Shown piece after piece: positions 1 through 13,128 of a stretch of 64,000 bases of DNA; the stretch's first letter is position 1; the number at the start of each line of letters is the position of its first letter. This stretch comes from Octopus vulgaris. Taxonomy: Eukaryota. The notes beneath the pieces were generated by a model that saw only the letters and a list, made by a program, of their open reading frames with translations, was not told where the DNA came from and searched no databases. A program made the position numbers and the translations under genes. The stretch lies in contig OX597817.1 in assembly GCA_951406725.2 (NCBI GenBank), forward strand, positions 74,090,001 through 74,154,000. Reading direction: 5' to 3'.

Positions 1-651
1 TTTTGTGTTTTCTTGTTTGGATTAACTTTATATATATATATATATGTGTGTATATGTGTGTGTATATGTATATATGTATATATATATAAGCATACATATA
101 TACATGTATGTATGTACACATATCTATGTAAGTATATAGAATGTGTAAATGTGTTGTGTCTGCGGACGGCAACCTGCACATGTATGCATTGTGAAATAAA
201 ATGACAGAATGAATATATGCACACCCACTCGCTAAGACAAACATACGCACATACACGCTCGCGCGGGCGTACATGAAGCCTGATAAGAACATCATACAAG
301 TAGACAGCTAAACATACAATAGCATGAACCAATAATCTGACGGAGATCAATATCTTCAAATAGATACACAATTATACTTAGACACACACACACACATGCA
401 CGCAGATACACACATGCACACAGATACGGACGCGCGCGCACTGTGTGTTACTATGACAAACTGAATTATACTGCTACTGCTCCTCTTTTTCTTTTTCTTT
501 GACACTTCACAAAACGACACCTGGAATAGTCTGGATCAGGCAGGCTGGGACAGTTATCTAATTAATATTTTATAATTATCTGTGTTAATTTATTACGATG
601 CTCTACGCCAGTTATGTGCATTTGTTTGTGTATAGAGGCTCATGTATGCAA

Positions 652-698
<47 letters not shown>

Positions 699-769
699 TA
701 CGGAGATGTACTCGCATAGCAAGTAATTTGATCTGAGATCGTGTGCTGAAACGAAAACAATTGCAGCGT

Positions 770-814
<45 letters not shown>

Positions 815-934
815 ATTGGTCTGTTTTACATGATTAAAAATACATCAACATTTAATAAAAGCTGTATACTGAAGTATATTCACATGTTAAAACTCCTAAA
901 TATATGCGTACGTACATACAAATGTGTGTGTGGG

Positions 935-1001
<67 letters not shown>

Positions 1002-1241
1002 TAGTAGCGAAAAGTGAGAATGGATGCCCAACATTGCATTCGGTAAATTGGTGGATAAATTATATTCTTTATTTGCGGAAAACTGTTGCTACCAATGATT
1101 TCACTGAAGAATGTTGGTAATTGGGTTCCATATCGAATATATAACATGCATATATATGTGTGTGTGTGTATGTGTGTATGTGATAGAGGGAGAGAGAGGG
1201 AGGGAAGAAAGAGAGAATGTGTGTGTGTGTGTGTGTACATA

Positions 1242-1329
<88 letters not shown>

Positions 1330-1916
1330 TACATATATATATGCAGAGACTGGCAGACGTGAGGGAGACACAAGGAGAGAGGAAGACAGAGAAAGTGATA
1401 GGGACTGAAAGAGACAGAGAAAAAGAGAGGGGGAGAGAAAGAAAACAATACTTAAATTGATGTATAATATACGTAATTATGCAGCAATCATTAACCACTT
1501 CATAGGGAAAATTATGCAACACAGAAAAGACAATGTTAATCAATGAAAAATATTACTCTACTTATATCGGCGAGTACGGGAGACAACACCGAACGTGTTT
1601 TTGTTTTATTAGATCTCTTCAGCTCTTCAGCTCTTCAGCGAAGCCTTGTCTTAACTGTAGCTGACAAATAAGCATAAAAGAATCACTAAATAAATTGGAA
1701 TGAGTTAGAGGTTACATTTTACGTATGGTATATAATAGTTAAGGTAGTGTGAATATATTGAATGTAATGAGTTAAAAGGCTAATTAGAAATAATTATTCA
1801 GTGAGAAGATGATGCTAGTCAATGCCTGCTATTATTTTAATTATTGAAATCTAGTATAGGACACTTCTGATTGCAGTTTTAGAATTTATTATTGGCTGCT
1901 GGTCAGTGGCAAGGTC

Positions 1917-2304
1917 GTAAAGAAAAGCACTCCGTCGGTTACGACGACGAGGGTTCCGGTTGATCCGAATCAACGGAACAGCCTGCTCGTGAAATTAACG
2001 TGTAAGTGGCTGAGCACTCCACAGACACGTGTACCCTTAACGTAGTTCTCGGGGATATTCAGCGTGACACAGAGAGTGACAAGGCCGGCCCTTTGAAATA
2101 CAGGTACAACAGAAACAGGAAGTAAGAGTGAGAGAAAGTTGTGGTGAAAGAGTACAGCAGGGATCACCACCATCCCCTGCCGGAGCCTCGTGGAGCTTTA
2201 GGTGTTTTCGCTCAATAAACACTCACAACGCCCGGTCTGGGAATCGAAACCGCGATCCTATGACCGCGAGTCCGCTGCCCTAACCACTGGGCCATTGCGC
2301 CTCC
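1917..2304 (-). mobile_element. tRNA-derived SINE, family C
   Basis: Minus-strand head GGAGGCGCAATGGCCCAGTGGTTAGG...GGTTTCGATTCCC has Pol III A/B-box-like motifs. The 3' part (gtcacgctgaat...aaccctcgtcgtcgtaaccgacggagtgc) is shared with the copy at 9421-9749. Confidence 0.8.
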
Positions 2305-2443
2305 ACGTATGCAATATGACCGTATGTATGTATGTATGTATGTATGTATGTACCTAAATATACATATATGCATGTGTACGTATATATATATATACATATA
2401 TACATTCTACATACATACATGCACGTACATATGTATAGATATA

Positions 2444-2660
2444 CGAGGGGTTGCTGAAAAGTTCCTGGCTTTGGGCAAAAGAAAATACAGGAGAATAAGT
2501 TAGCTATGAATTTATTCGACATATTCCCTTCTCAGATTCACACACTTATGTCAGCAGTCCTTCAGTATTTCCAAGTCCTGTAAAAAGAACTCAGAAGGCT
2601 GGGCCTCCAGCCAGGACTTTCGCGAGACTCTTAAAGCAAGGAACTTTTCAGCACCCCTCA
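2444..2660. mobile_element. mariner-derived MITE (~217 bp)
   Basis: TIRs CGAGGGGTTGCTGAAAAGTTCCTGGCTTT / AAAGCAAGGAACTTTTCAGCACCCCTCA, flanked by TA on both sides, no ORF. Confidence 0.8.
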
Positions 2661-2925
2661 TATATATATATATATCTGTGTTTGCGTGTGTATATCGATG
2701 TATGTGTTTATATATATATACATATGTGTGTGTGTGTGTATGTATGTATATATACTTCTATACATACATACATACATACATACATACATACATACATACA
2801 TACATACATACATACATACATACATACATTCATACATTCATACATTCATTCATACATACATACATACATACATACATACATACATACATACATACATACA
2901 TACATACATACATACATACATACAC

Positions 2926-2961
<36 letters not shown>

Positions 2962-3620
2962 ACACACACACACACATACCGAGAGCAGTGCTGAAAACTA
3001 GGAAGAAACCACTATTTATGGGTTGGTAGTCCTTTCCCAGATAAAGTAAGTCGAATTATCCTCATATACAAAGAAGACCTGCTCCCGATGGCTTAGAGTA
3101 AGTTTTACTAAAGACTGCCAACGGTCTGGTAAAAGACGATTGATGAAATCTATCGCTCAGATCAAGATGCCAGAGTAGTATAAGGAAGGAGCAAAATTAT
3201 TTGCCATTTTTACATTTGAATTGAAGCTTCGGCTCTAGACAAACTCGTATTAATGACCAGCTAAAGCAGTTAAATTTTAGCAGGACTCTAATCACAAGAC
3301 ATTTGTTGATTATCGAAGAAAATAAATATGTTACATTTGCAGATATTGTTCCTGCTGCTACTGTTGTTTTTGTTGCTGCTGTTGTTGTTGTTGTTGTTGT
3401 TTCTGCTATTGTTGTGGTTGCTGTTGTTGTTGCTGCCGCTGCTGCTCTTGTCGTTGTTGTTTATCATGCGATATTTCGTTACGACCGTTTATAGTCTGAG
3501 TTAAAAATCCCAACGCAGTCGATAAACTGAGATGTTAATGAAGTACTGGTGTCCAGTTACATCTAGGATCTTGATACTACATACTAAGATGTAGCAGACG
3601 AAGACGAATAAATACAAGGA

Positions 3621-3699
<79 letters not shown>
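3621..3699. repeat. (AAT)n microsatellite, 5' flank and target of the Dong element
   Basis: About 26 perfect AAT units directly abutting the truncated retrotransposon. Confidence 0.95.
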
Positions 3700-5444
3700 G
3701 TCCTACATCTCCAAACAAAAGAGGGACTCATGAAAACCAAAGACATCCCCATCAGAAGAGGAATATTCCAGGGAGACACGCTCTCTCCACTCCTTTTCTG
3801 CTTGGCACTGTCACCTCTATCTGATATGCTAAATAGAACTGGATGCGGATATAAATGTTACGGCAAAACGATCAGCCACCTTTTATATATGGATGACCTA
3901 AAACTATACGCTGCAAATGACAAACAGCTGGAAACACTATTAAAGACAGTTCATGGATTTACCAAAGAAATAGATATGAAATTTGGATTAGAAAAATGCG
4001 CCAAAGTAACCATGAAAAGAGGAAAACTAGTTAAGAGTAACAACATCACACTAGATAAAACCAATGAAATAAAAGAATTAGACCAAAGCCAAACTTACAA
4101 ATACTTAGGAATCCATGAACTAGATAAGACACAACACACACAAATGAAAGAGAAAATAAAAAAGAATATTATAGACGAGTTAGATCAATACTAAACACAG
4201 AGCTCAATGCCAAAAACAAGATAATAGGTATCAACACTTTAGCTGTCCCAGTTATAAGTTACAGCTACAATATCCTTAACTGGACACGAAATGAACTGAC
4301 CAAAATAGATAGGAAAACAAGAAAAATAATGACAGGATCTAGGATGCATCACCCAAAATCTGACATAGAAAGACTATATATACAACGTATAGAAGGTGGT
4401 AGAGGCCTTATACAGCTGGAAAACTACTATAAAATAACCACCATAGGACTGCAGAAATATCTACTTCAGAAGGAAGGAAAACTGATCCAGATAGCGGCAA
4501 AACACGAGCAAAACAAAAAACTGTTCTCAGTATTTAAGGAAGCTGACAAATACAAACAAGAAATCATACCACCTAATAAACATGAAGAAGAAGAAGAAGA
4601 TGAAGAAACAACAAAAGCTATAAAACAAATGAAATCCAAACTAAAAATAGAACAGCAACGAACCATGATAAAACGATGGCAAGAAAAGCCCCTTCATGGT
4701 AAATACTGGACTAAACTAAACGCAAAAGAAATAGACAAAGAAAAATCCCAGCAATGGTTGAGAAGCTCAGGACTCAAAGCAGAAACAGAGGGATTTTTAA
4801 TTGCAGCACAAGACCAAAGCCTCCCCACCAGAAATTACCAAAAACATGTAATGAAAAGAAATATTACAAGTAACTGCAGAATATGTGGAGATGGACAAGA
4901 AACAATAAATCATATTATCTCTAGCTGCCCAGTCCTGGCTAACAAGGAATATATTCACAGACATGACAAAGTTGGAACCTACATACATTGGAAGCTATGC
5001 CAACATTATGGAATAACAACAGAAAAAAGATGGTATAGGCACACACCAGAAAAGGTCACAGAAAACGAGAAAGCAACCATACTCTGGGATATGCCGATAC
5101 ACACAGATAGAGAAATTAAGGCCAACAGACCAGATATAGTTGTCAGAGACCATGAAGAAAAAAAATGCTTTCTAATTGATGTATCAATACCGGCTGATGA
5201 CAACGTGTCTCTAAAAGAAATGGAGAAACTCTCAAAATACAAAGACCTGGAAATAGAGGTAACTAGAATGTGGAATCTGAAAACAGAAACAATTCCTATC
5301 ATAGTAGGTGCATTAGGCATGATAAAAAAATATTCAGACAAATACATAACAAAAACACCAGGACTTACAAACACATATAACATACAGAAAATTGCACTAC
5401 TAGGCACTGCACACATCCTACGCAGAACACTTTCCATACAATAA
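3700..5444 (+). pseudogene. RT-RLE ORF of the Dong element, broken by one frameshift near 4158-4163
   Basis: Track ORFs 3730-4194 and 4329-5444 join if one A is added in the A-run (KIKK|EYYRRVRSILNTELNAKNKIIGINTLAVPV...). The frame is open back to the truncation point at 3700. Confidence 0.88.
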
Positions 5445-5546
5445 CCATCAGAGCATCACAACAAATCACAGCACATACCCAAGGCACACAGAGCTGCGCT
5501 CGGTAGTGAAGTGAAAGCACGCTATAAAAATAAAATAAAACTACTG
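3700..5546 (+). mobile_element. 5'-truncated R4/Dong-clade non-LTR retrotransposon (RT + CCHC + restriction-like endonuclease)
   Basis: RT motifs RRGIFQGDTLSPLLF, HLLYMDDLK, FGLEKC, YKYLG, GGRGL. Zn knuckle CRICG...HIISSC. RLE motifs RHD, RPDIV, IDVSIP, EKLSKY. Flanked by (AAT)n on both sides, as known for Dong. Confidence 0.92.
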
Positions 5547-5569
5547 AATAATAATAATAATAATAATAT

Positions 5570-5785
5570 TCCTTTCTAGTATAGGTACAAGGCCTGAAAT
5601 TTGCGGGGAAGAGGGCCAGTCGATTAGATCTACCTCAGTACACAACTGGCACTTAATTTATCGACTCCGAAATGATAGAAGGCAAAGTCAACCTCGGCGG
5701 AATTTCAACTAAGAACGTAGCGACGGGCGAAATACTGCCAAGCATTTCGCTCGCCTAGCTAACGATTCTGTCAGCTCGCTGCCTT
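5570..5785 (-). mobile_element. tRNA-related SINE, family B
   Basis: Minus strand AAGGCAGCGAGCTGACAGAATCGTTAGC...GTTGAAATTCCGCCGAGGTTGACTTTGCCTTCTATC...GGCCTTGTACCTATACTAGAAAGG then an (ATT)n tail. More than 20 related copies in the window. Confidence 0.85.
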
Positions 5786-5810
5786 AATAATAATAATAAT
5801 GATAATAATG

Positions 5811-5872
<62 letters not shown>

Positions 5873-5956
5873 GAAGAAGAAGAAGAAGAAGAAGAAGAAG
5901 AAGAAGAAGAAGAAGAAGAAGAAGAAGAAGAAGAAGAAGAAGAAGAAGAAGAAGAA
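5786..5956. repeat. compound (AAT)n(AAG)n microsatellite
   Basis: Read directly from the sequence. Confidence 0.95.
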
Positions 5957-6246
5957 ATGAACATCCAAAACCAAATAAATTTAATGCCTTCTTTAAAGAC
6001 TGTTGTGCATAAGTTGGGGGCTTCTCAGAAGGAATTAGGTAGCAGTCTTTGGCTGCTATATATAGCAGGTCAGGTAATTGCATAGAGATAACCCAGTTGG
6101 CTTCCTCTTAATGAACGTAAATTTTCTCTGGTAGGCTGAGTCAACTTCATTGTTTTGTAACCATTATTTGCAAGCTTAAATGCATGGCACTTTTTGTCCA
6201 TTTTTTTTTTTTTTTTCCTTATTTTTTTCGATCACAGCAGTAAATA

Positions 6247-7054
6247 TTGGGTTGGCAACTAAGTTTCTGCCGTTTTTGAAATTAAAATTTTTTAAAAGGT
6301 TTATTAAAAAATAAAAACTAATTAATCAATAATGTATCCACCTTGTCTCACGCGCGGTGTCGCTTGTTTACCGGGGTTAAGCCGTTCCTTAAGCTGCTTC
6401 ATTTTGATGTACAGGCACCATTTTCCGTCGCCAGTAACGATTCGGTAAAGAAATCGTTGCTTGTGTCCATGAGTTGAGCGGTGACGAGCAAGCAAACCAG
6501 CGGAGATTGCAGCTCGTTGATTTTTGTTGTCACTTAAAGCATGTGGGATCCATGCTCCATACTTCTGAACTTTTCCCATCGAATGAAGATGCTTCTCTAT
6601 AGCAGTGTGGGAGCATTCCATTTTCTCTGCCAGTTACCTTGTCGTTTGACAAGAATTTTCGTGCAAAAGTTGGTTTAATCGCTCTTCATCAAACTCAACT
6701 GGACGGCCAGAACGAGGTACGTCTTTGAGGTCAAAATTTCCATTTTTGAACTTGGCATACCAATCACGAGCGGTTCTTTCAGCTATGGCACCCCCTCCAT
6801 TCACAGCACAAATGTCGCGAGCGACTTTTGAAGCCTTAGAACTTTGATTAAAAGTAAAAAGAAGGTGTCGAAAATGCTCGTTTTTCTTAACTTGACAGTC
6901 CATTTTAATGATCTGAAAATATACAAAAATTAACTAAAATTCACTAGAAAAAAAAATAGATTCCAAAGTGATTCAAAAATAGAATTCTCGAAAAATTTAA
7001 AAACGCAATAACTTCCAAAATTTAAAAACGGCGGGAACTTAGTTGCGAATCCAA
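6247..7054 (-). mobile_element. internally deleted mariner element (mellifera-type TIR)
   Basis: TIRs TTGGGTTGGCAACTAAGTTTCTGCCGTTTTT / AAAAACGGCGGGAACTTAGTTGCGAATCCAA with TA TSD. Transposase HTH region, PRSGRP, WIPHAL (WVPHEL-type) and IVTGDGKW, then a deletion to the C-terminal GGYIID. Confidence 0.92.
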
Positions 7055-8074
7055 TAGATAGCCTTATACTTCCCATTAACAGCAAAATGAAATGGGACTG
7101 CAGTGTTTGCTAAATGGTTGAGCAGTAGTATAAAGCAAAATGAAACTCAGCAAAAAAGCAGAAATTAACATCATATAGAGTAATAAATCACTATACTATT
7201 TAAACATGAATTATCAACTGTTGTTTATGGTTTTTAAAATTCAATCCACTATTTCTAATAAATTATTGATAACAATTTTGTTATACTAATGGGGAAATGT
7301 GTATTTATAACGGTTTGAAGAATATTTTAGCTAAACGATTAGAAACTTGTTGGTTACATGGAGGATTAAACCAGATGATGTTTCTTATTATTATGGGGTT
7401 GTGAAATGCCATTTTTATATATATATTGTCGAGTCAAAGAATCTGCTAGATGCTAACGTATCATTAGAGTACTGAAATATATCAGTAAATGTAGTTTCCT
7501 TGGTAGAAGAGCTGAAGATGCGTGAGGAAATATTTTTAGCAAGATCGCGCCCTACTTCAACAAGCACGAAAGAGGAATCATTCCTGATTCAGGTATCATA
7601 TGCATAACCTCTTACAATCACGATCAGTAGAAAATATCAAGGCCTGTGAACTGTTGCATCAGATCTGGACTACATGCTGATGTTTTGTGAAAAGCACAGT
7701 GATGGTTATTGTAAAATCAATAATTTCATTGTTATTCGATACGTTAATGTTTTCAAAGGGGACATTTGTTGGAATATTACGTATTATGTGAGGGGTTTCT
7801 GCTTGGAAATGGTTCATTAATCATCGAGAATGGTTCTAAATTTTTTGTCACATGGCCAAGAAACTGACGTTGTTCATTAATGTATTTTCTAATGCTTTAC
7901 ACTGTGGGAATAAATGAACACAAACATAGTTTTTGTTAAATAAAATGTATTATTTGTTTTTCTTCATTTAAGTAGGATATTTTTTATTAGTTTTCAAATA
8001 CGCTGTAATCATATGCAGACATATATGTACACCATATTGAATTTCGCACACGAAGGGAAAAAAAAGAAAAAAAA

Positions 8075-9030
8075 TTAATTGAAATAGTTCATCATTGTTA
8101 TCCTATCGTAAAACCGAACGGTCTGCTCTTGTATCATAAGGTCATCAGGTGTGATATCATTATAGTCATCAAAAACTGATGTTGATGCCTGATCAGCATC
8201 GTGCTTCCACAAAATGTTATCTTCGTTGCCGTCAAGTGCATTAAAGAGGGAACATTTCTTGAAAGATTCGATGTTCATTTATTACCCAAGGAGCATTCCG
8301 TGACGTCTTGACAAACTTTGTTGCGAAAATGTGAAAGTTTCTTCAAGCTTACAGCTACTTGATTTTGTCCACCTCCTCCGATGATATTCATCATATCCAT
8401 TGTTCACACACTTTGCACCTCGTAGGGTAGTTCAACTACATCCACTACTGATATCAGCCGATCTGGCATTACGGCGACGTCTATTCTGTAACTATTTTAC
8501 ACTTTTTTAGTTTTTTTTTTTTTTTTTGGTACGATCGAAGAGATGCTTGCGGAATATGTTCCAAATCAGAAGGTTACAACCATTGCAAAGATAACTCATT
8601 GGAGGTTGCGGTCGCACTTTCTGTAACTATAGAATCACACGCTCTTCACCAATCCAACTATTTTAGTGAAAATGAACGATCACATTAAAGAGGAATTTCT
8701 CTCTGACATTGCTTTACGTTCAAGAATAATCTTATTTGGGAGCAGTGTTGTGCCATTAGCCATGGAGGTGAAATGTCTTGTTAGAATGACCTGTTGTTCT
8801 AACTCTGACAGTCTTAATACCAATACTGTCTGCTCCTCAATTGCCCTCCCCCACCACCACCACCACCAAAAAAAAGAAAAGGCATGAGTGTTTGAAAACT
8901 CGTTGAAACCTTATTTTGATAACAAAAATAGTCTGACTGATTCTGGTCTTGTATCTCATAGGAATCTTGTGGTGGCGTATGTATCACGTACGCCAACTGC
9001 AGAATCTTAGATATTGAGTTGCTGGAAACA
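8075..9030 (-). pseudogene. decayed pogo/Tigger-family (CENP-B HTH + DDE_1) transposase
   Basis: Minus-strand fragments SWRT*YIRHHKIPMRYKTRISQ (HTH end), GIKTVRVRTTGHSNK, ANGTTLLPNKIILERK, DVAVMPDRLISVVDV and SFKKCSLFNALDGNEDNILW (pogo C-terminal SFKKCGISNALDGxED). Many stops and frameshifts. Confidence 0.8.
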
Positions 9031-9420
9031 AGTTATTCGCTTTTTACATTACACATAGATATGTGCATAAGTTAAACAGAATGCACATACACGACACAGT
9101 ATTTGAAAGAAAAAAAAAGCAAATCAAAAACAGATAAACAAAATAATAACACAAAACACAAAGGGACAATAAAGTTGAAATTCAAAAGAAAAATACTATT
9201 GGCAAATATTGTATCTAAAAATACTATTAGCCAATACTGTATCTCTAAGTGACAACATGTGGAGCTCGGTTCAGTTTGTTTTTAATCGCGAAGTCTATTG
9301 AAAAAAATTTCCTTCGAGACAAAATCCCTTAGAGAATGTCTTTCCCGTTCTAGTGTACAAGAGCGTATTAAAAATAGATGTACATATCTTTACTGTATTT
9401 ATGCAGTAAAGATATACTAT

Positions 9421-9749
9421 GAAGGCGCGTGGCTTAACGGTTAGGGTATTCATCGTAAAGTCCTGAGTTCGATTTCTCGCGGAAAAATAAGTTGTAACTA
9501 TTATCCAAAGGAGCAGCCATGTTATGAAATAATAATGAAATTATTGTATACAGTGCTCAGGTGCACCACAACTTGTCAGACAGTGCATATAAAGCACATA
9601 TTCTGTGTCACGCTGAAACTCCCTGAGAACTACGTTAAGGGCACGCGTATCTGTGGAATACTCAACCACTTGGACGATGATCCCACTAGTAGGCTGTTCG
9701 GTTGATCGAATCAACTGGAACACTCGTCGTCGCAACCGACGGAGTGCCA
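9421..9749 (+). mobile_element. tRNA-derived SINE sharing its 3' tail with family C
   Basis: Head GAAGGCGCGTGGCTTAACGGTTAGG...GAGTTCGATTTC. The 3' ~150 bp aligns to about 1926-2075 (reverse complement). Confidence 0.7.
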
Positions 9750-10414
9750 TAATCTATACTTACATTTATAAGAACGAATGCGTAACACTATAATACTTAT
9801 AACACGTTCACCCAAACTCAATAAAACAAACTGTTTCAAGATAGCCAGCTGTAAAACATCTCGTAACACCACCTATTGAGCTTTTCATTGGTTCGTATAA
9901 GCAATAGACCGAATAAGATTGGTGATAACATTGCAAATGAAGTATTTTTCTACTGGTACCCACAAAGTTTAGTTAGAATATAAAGGATTAACCGTCACCT
10001 CTTTTTTTATCGCCTTGTCTATAAAAACAGCATGAATTCTCCTTGAATCATCTTTCTTTCTATCGCATGCATTTGTAGCAGATCATATTTATGCTAAAAA
10101 TGCGTCTTATATGCGATCATATACAATATGTTTATGTGCGCGCGTATGTATGTTTGTGTCTGTGTATGTGTGTGCGTAACAAAATAAATAACCACTTACA
10201 CAATGTATTATATGGTTATTCCACTTAAGTTTCTTAAGGTGTTATTCATGCAGGAAGCGAAAGCGTGGAACTTACATCGAAATATTCTCAGGTTCATTGT
10301 TGTATCTGCTGTAACTTCTTTTCTTATTTGAGTTTTTTTGTTTTTGTTTTGTTTTCATAATAAGCAAATGCGAACAAATAAGCTTTACATTTGCCAGAGT
10401 AATCTGAATGCTAA

Positions 10415-11115
<701 letters not shown>

Positions 11116-11331
11116 TTATTATCATTATTATTGCTATTTTCACACAAGCATAAACGGGAGAACACGCGCATGCGTGTATATACTTATATACATATAATGC
11201 ATTTAAATATAGTTAACGTATATGTTAATTTAGAATATTAAAATATACTTGTATGTAACAAAATAGAGATCTCAATTCAGGAAGTAACGAATATGTAATT
11301 CTTTACTTTACAGCAAGAAATACGTCATAAA

Positions 11332-11379
11332 TATCTGAGACCAATTCAGTTTCATCCTAATGGAATCTTCAGTAAGATA
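11332..11379 (-). ncRNA. putative minimal type I hammerhead ribozyme (Penelope-associated)
   Basis: TATCTTA-CTGAAGA-TTCC atta GGAT-GAAAC-tgaattg-GTC^-TCAGATA. Core intact and stem I 6/7 paired. Confidence 0.55.
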
Positions 11380-11949
11380 ATCGATAATTGAAGCTGGACA
11401 CCAAAATTATTCTCTATTCAAATTTTCCCTAAATTTTTTCCGATTTGAAAGAGAGTCATTATGACGGTAATCAAATCACAGTATGTTTAGAAGGTATAGA
11501 TTCTTGTGTTGTTGTCGTTATTGAAAAGATACGGTAAGTGAAACACGATCTCATACAATCTTAGGATGTCATTTTGAATAAATAAATTAATAAATTACAC
11601 CAACGTAAAATCAATGTGTATGTATATATAAAAAGTATGTATTCCTATGAAAGAGCTCAATCTATTTCTCAGCATAGTTATACGTGTTCAGTATTGCAAA
11701 CGAGAAAAATAGTACTCAATACATGTAGCAGGCTTATATATATTTGTATATAAAATCAATGATTCACTCCCTAGCAACATTGAGCCTCGCGTGATACTCC
11801 AGTTTGTGATCTATAGAGTAAATGATAGTAAGCAAAATGGCAGGTATTGCTGTTACTAGTTTGTATTTATCTTTCGATCAATGAGTGTCACGAGCCGATG
11901 ACAATCTTATTTAGTAATACTTGATACAGAACCAGGCAGTTCCATATTC

Positions 11950-12350
11950 TTTTATTCTATTACCTGTTTCAGTCATTTGACTACGGCCATGCTGGAGCAC
12001 ATCCTTGGAGGGTTATAGTTGAACAGATCGATCCCAGGACTTATTTCTTAAGCTAAATACTTATTCTAGCGGTCTCTTTTTCCGAACCGCTAAGTTGCGA
12101 GGATGTAAACACACCGGTTGCCAAGCTGTGATGAGGGACAGAGACATGCACAAAGACACTGACACAGACACATGCACATAGATATACGACGGGCTTCTTT
12201 CAGTTTCTGTCTACCAAATCCATTCACAAGGTTTTGGTCGGCCCTATGCTATTGTAGAAGATACCACCTGCCCATGGTGCCATGCAGTGGGACTGAACCT
12301 GGAACCATGTGGTTACAAAGCAATCTTCTTACCACACAGCCATACCTGCG
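11950..12350 (-). mobile_element. tRNA-derived SINE, family A
   Basis: Reverse complement of the family A consensus seen at 21970-22391. Confidence 0.85.
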
Positions 12351-12685
12351 TCTATTATTGATCAATTTTTTTTTTTGTTTATGTGTAACTTTTAGTTAAT
12401 GCAAACCTGAGTCATATGAGTGTACACTCATACACATATAGACTCATCCAGTATTCAGCTGAAAATGAGAACCGACGAAAAATGGGGGAGGAGTGAAGGA
12501 TTAATTCTCTGTCATACTAACTTCCCGTTCAGAAGGGATTCTTCGATTCTCAATTCACATAAACGTCACGGAAATCGAAATAAGCAGCGGCCTATTAGGC
12601 CTGTAGGTTGGAGAAACACTTACATACAAACATACAAACATACATACATACATTTACACACAAACTCGCTCACACACAAACTCAT

Positions 12686-12731
<46 letters not shown>

Positions 12732-13002
12732 TCAAACACTCACTCACTCACACAAATACATTGAGGCTGAAGATTAGTAGAATAAACAGTAGAAGCACAG
12801 GTCAATACATGAATATATATTCTTATTTTCTAATCAACAGAAAGAGAAGTGACCCAAGAGATGAGAGCTTGATGAAACTCTCGACCCTTGAGTCACGTTT
12901 GTAACATTCTGCTGATTAAAAAATGTACGTGTGTACATATATATATATATATGTGTGTGTGTGTGTATGTATATTATATATATATGTGTATGTACTAATA
13001 TA

Positions 13003-13061
<59 letters not shown>

Positions 13062-13077
13062 TTTATTATATAGAAGG

Positions 13078-13128
13078 AGCTTCTACAGGACTAGAACTGT
13101 TTCATTCAAGAGAAATCTTCAGGAAGCT
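13078..13128 (-). ncRNA. putative minimal type I hammerhead ribozyme
   Basis: AGCTTC-CTGAAGA-TTTC tctt GAAT-GAAACAG ttctagtc CTGTA^-GAAGCT. Perfect 6-bp stem I, 4-bp stem III, GUA cleavage triplet. Confidence 0.7.

Noticed and set aside
1570-1640. Additional hammerhead-like cores (also ~1105, 18857, 19430, 19925, 21480, 32106, 56123, 59014)
   Set aside because: A core base is mutated or stems I/III cannot be formed. At most decayed relics.
2230-2304. tRNA-like sequence (also at the heads of SINE families A, B and D)
   Set aside because: A/B boxes are present, but the sequences continue into SINE bodies and I could not fold a complete cloverleaf. Not called as tRNA genes.
4466-5437. Minus-strand ORFs over the Dong element; similar shadow ORFs over the Helitron (47534-49597) and mariner (17134-18156)
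   Set aside because: Antisense or alternative-frame shadows of real TE coding sequence.
7480-7600. Possible exon (…EELKMREEIFLARSRPTSTSTKEESFLIQ|GTATCA)
   Set aside because: No recognisable protein similarity, weak splice sites, and it lies among decayed TE sequence.
7995-10128. Candidate TIRs for the pogo fossil (right end TGCGTCTTATATGCGATCATATACAATA near 10101-10128)
   Set aside because: The left counterpart is too degenerate to support boundaries, so only the coding remnant is reported.
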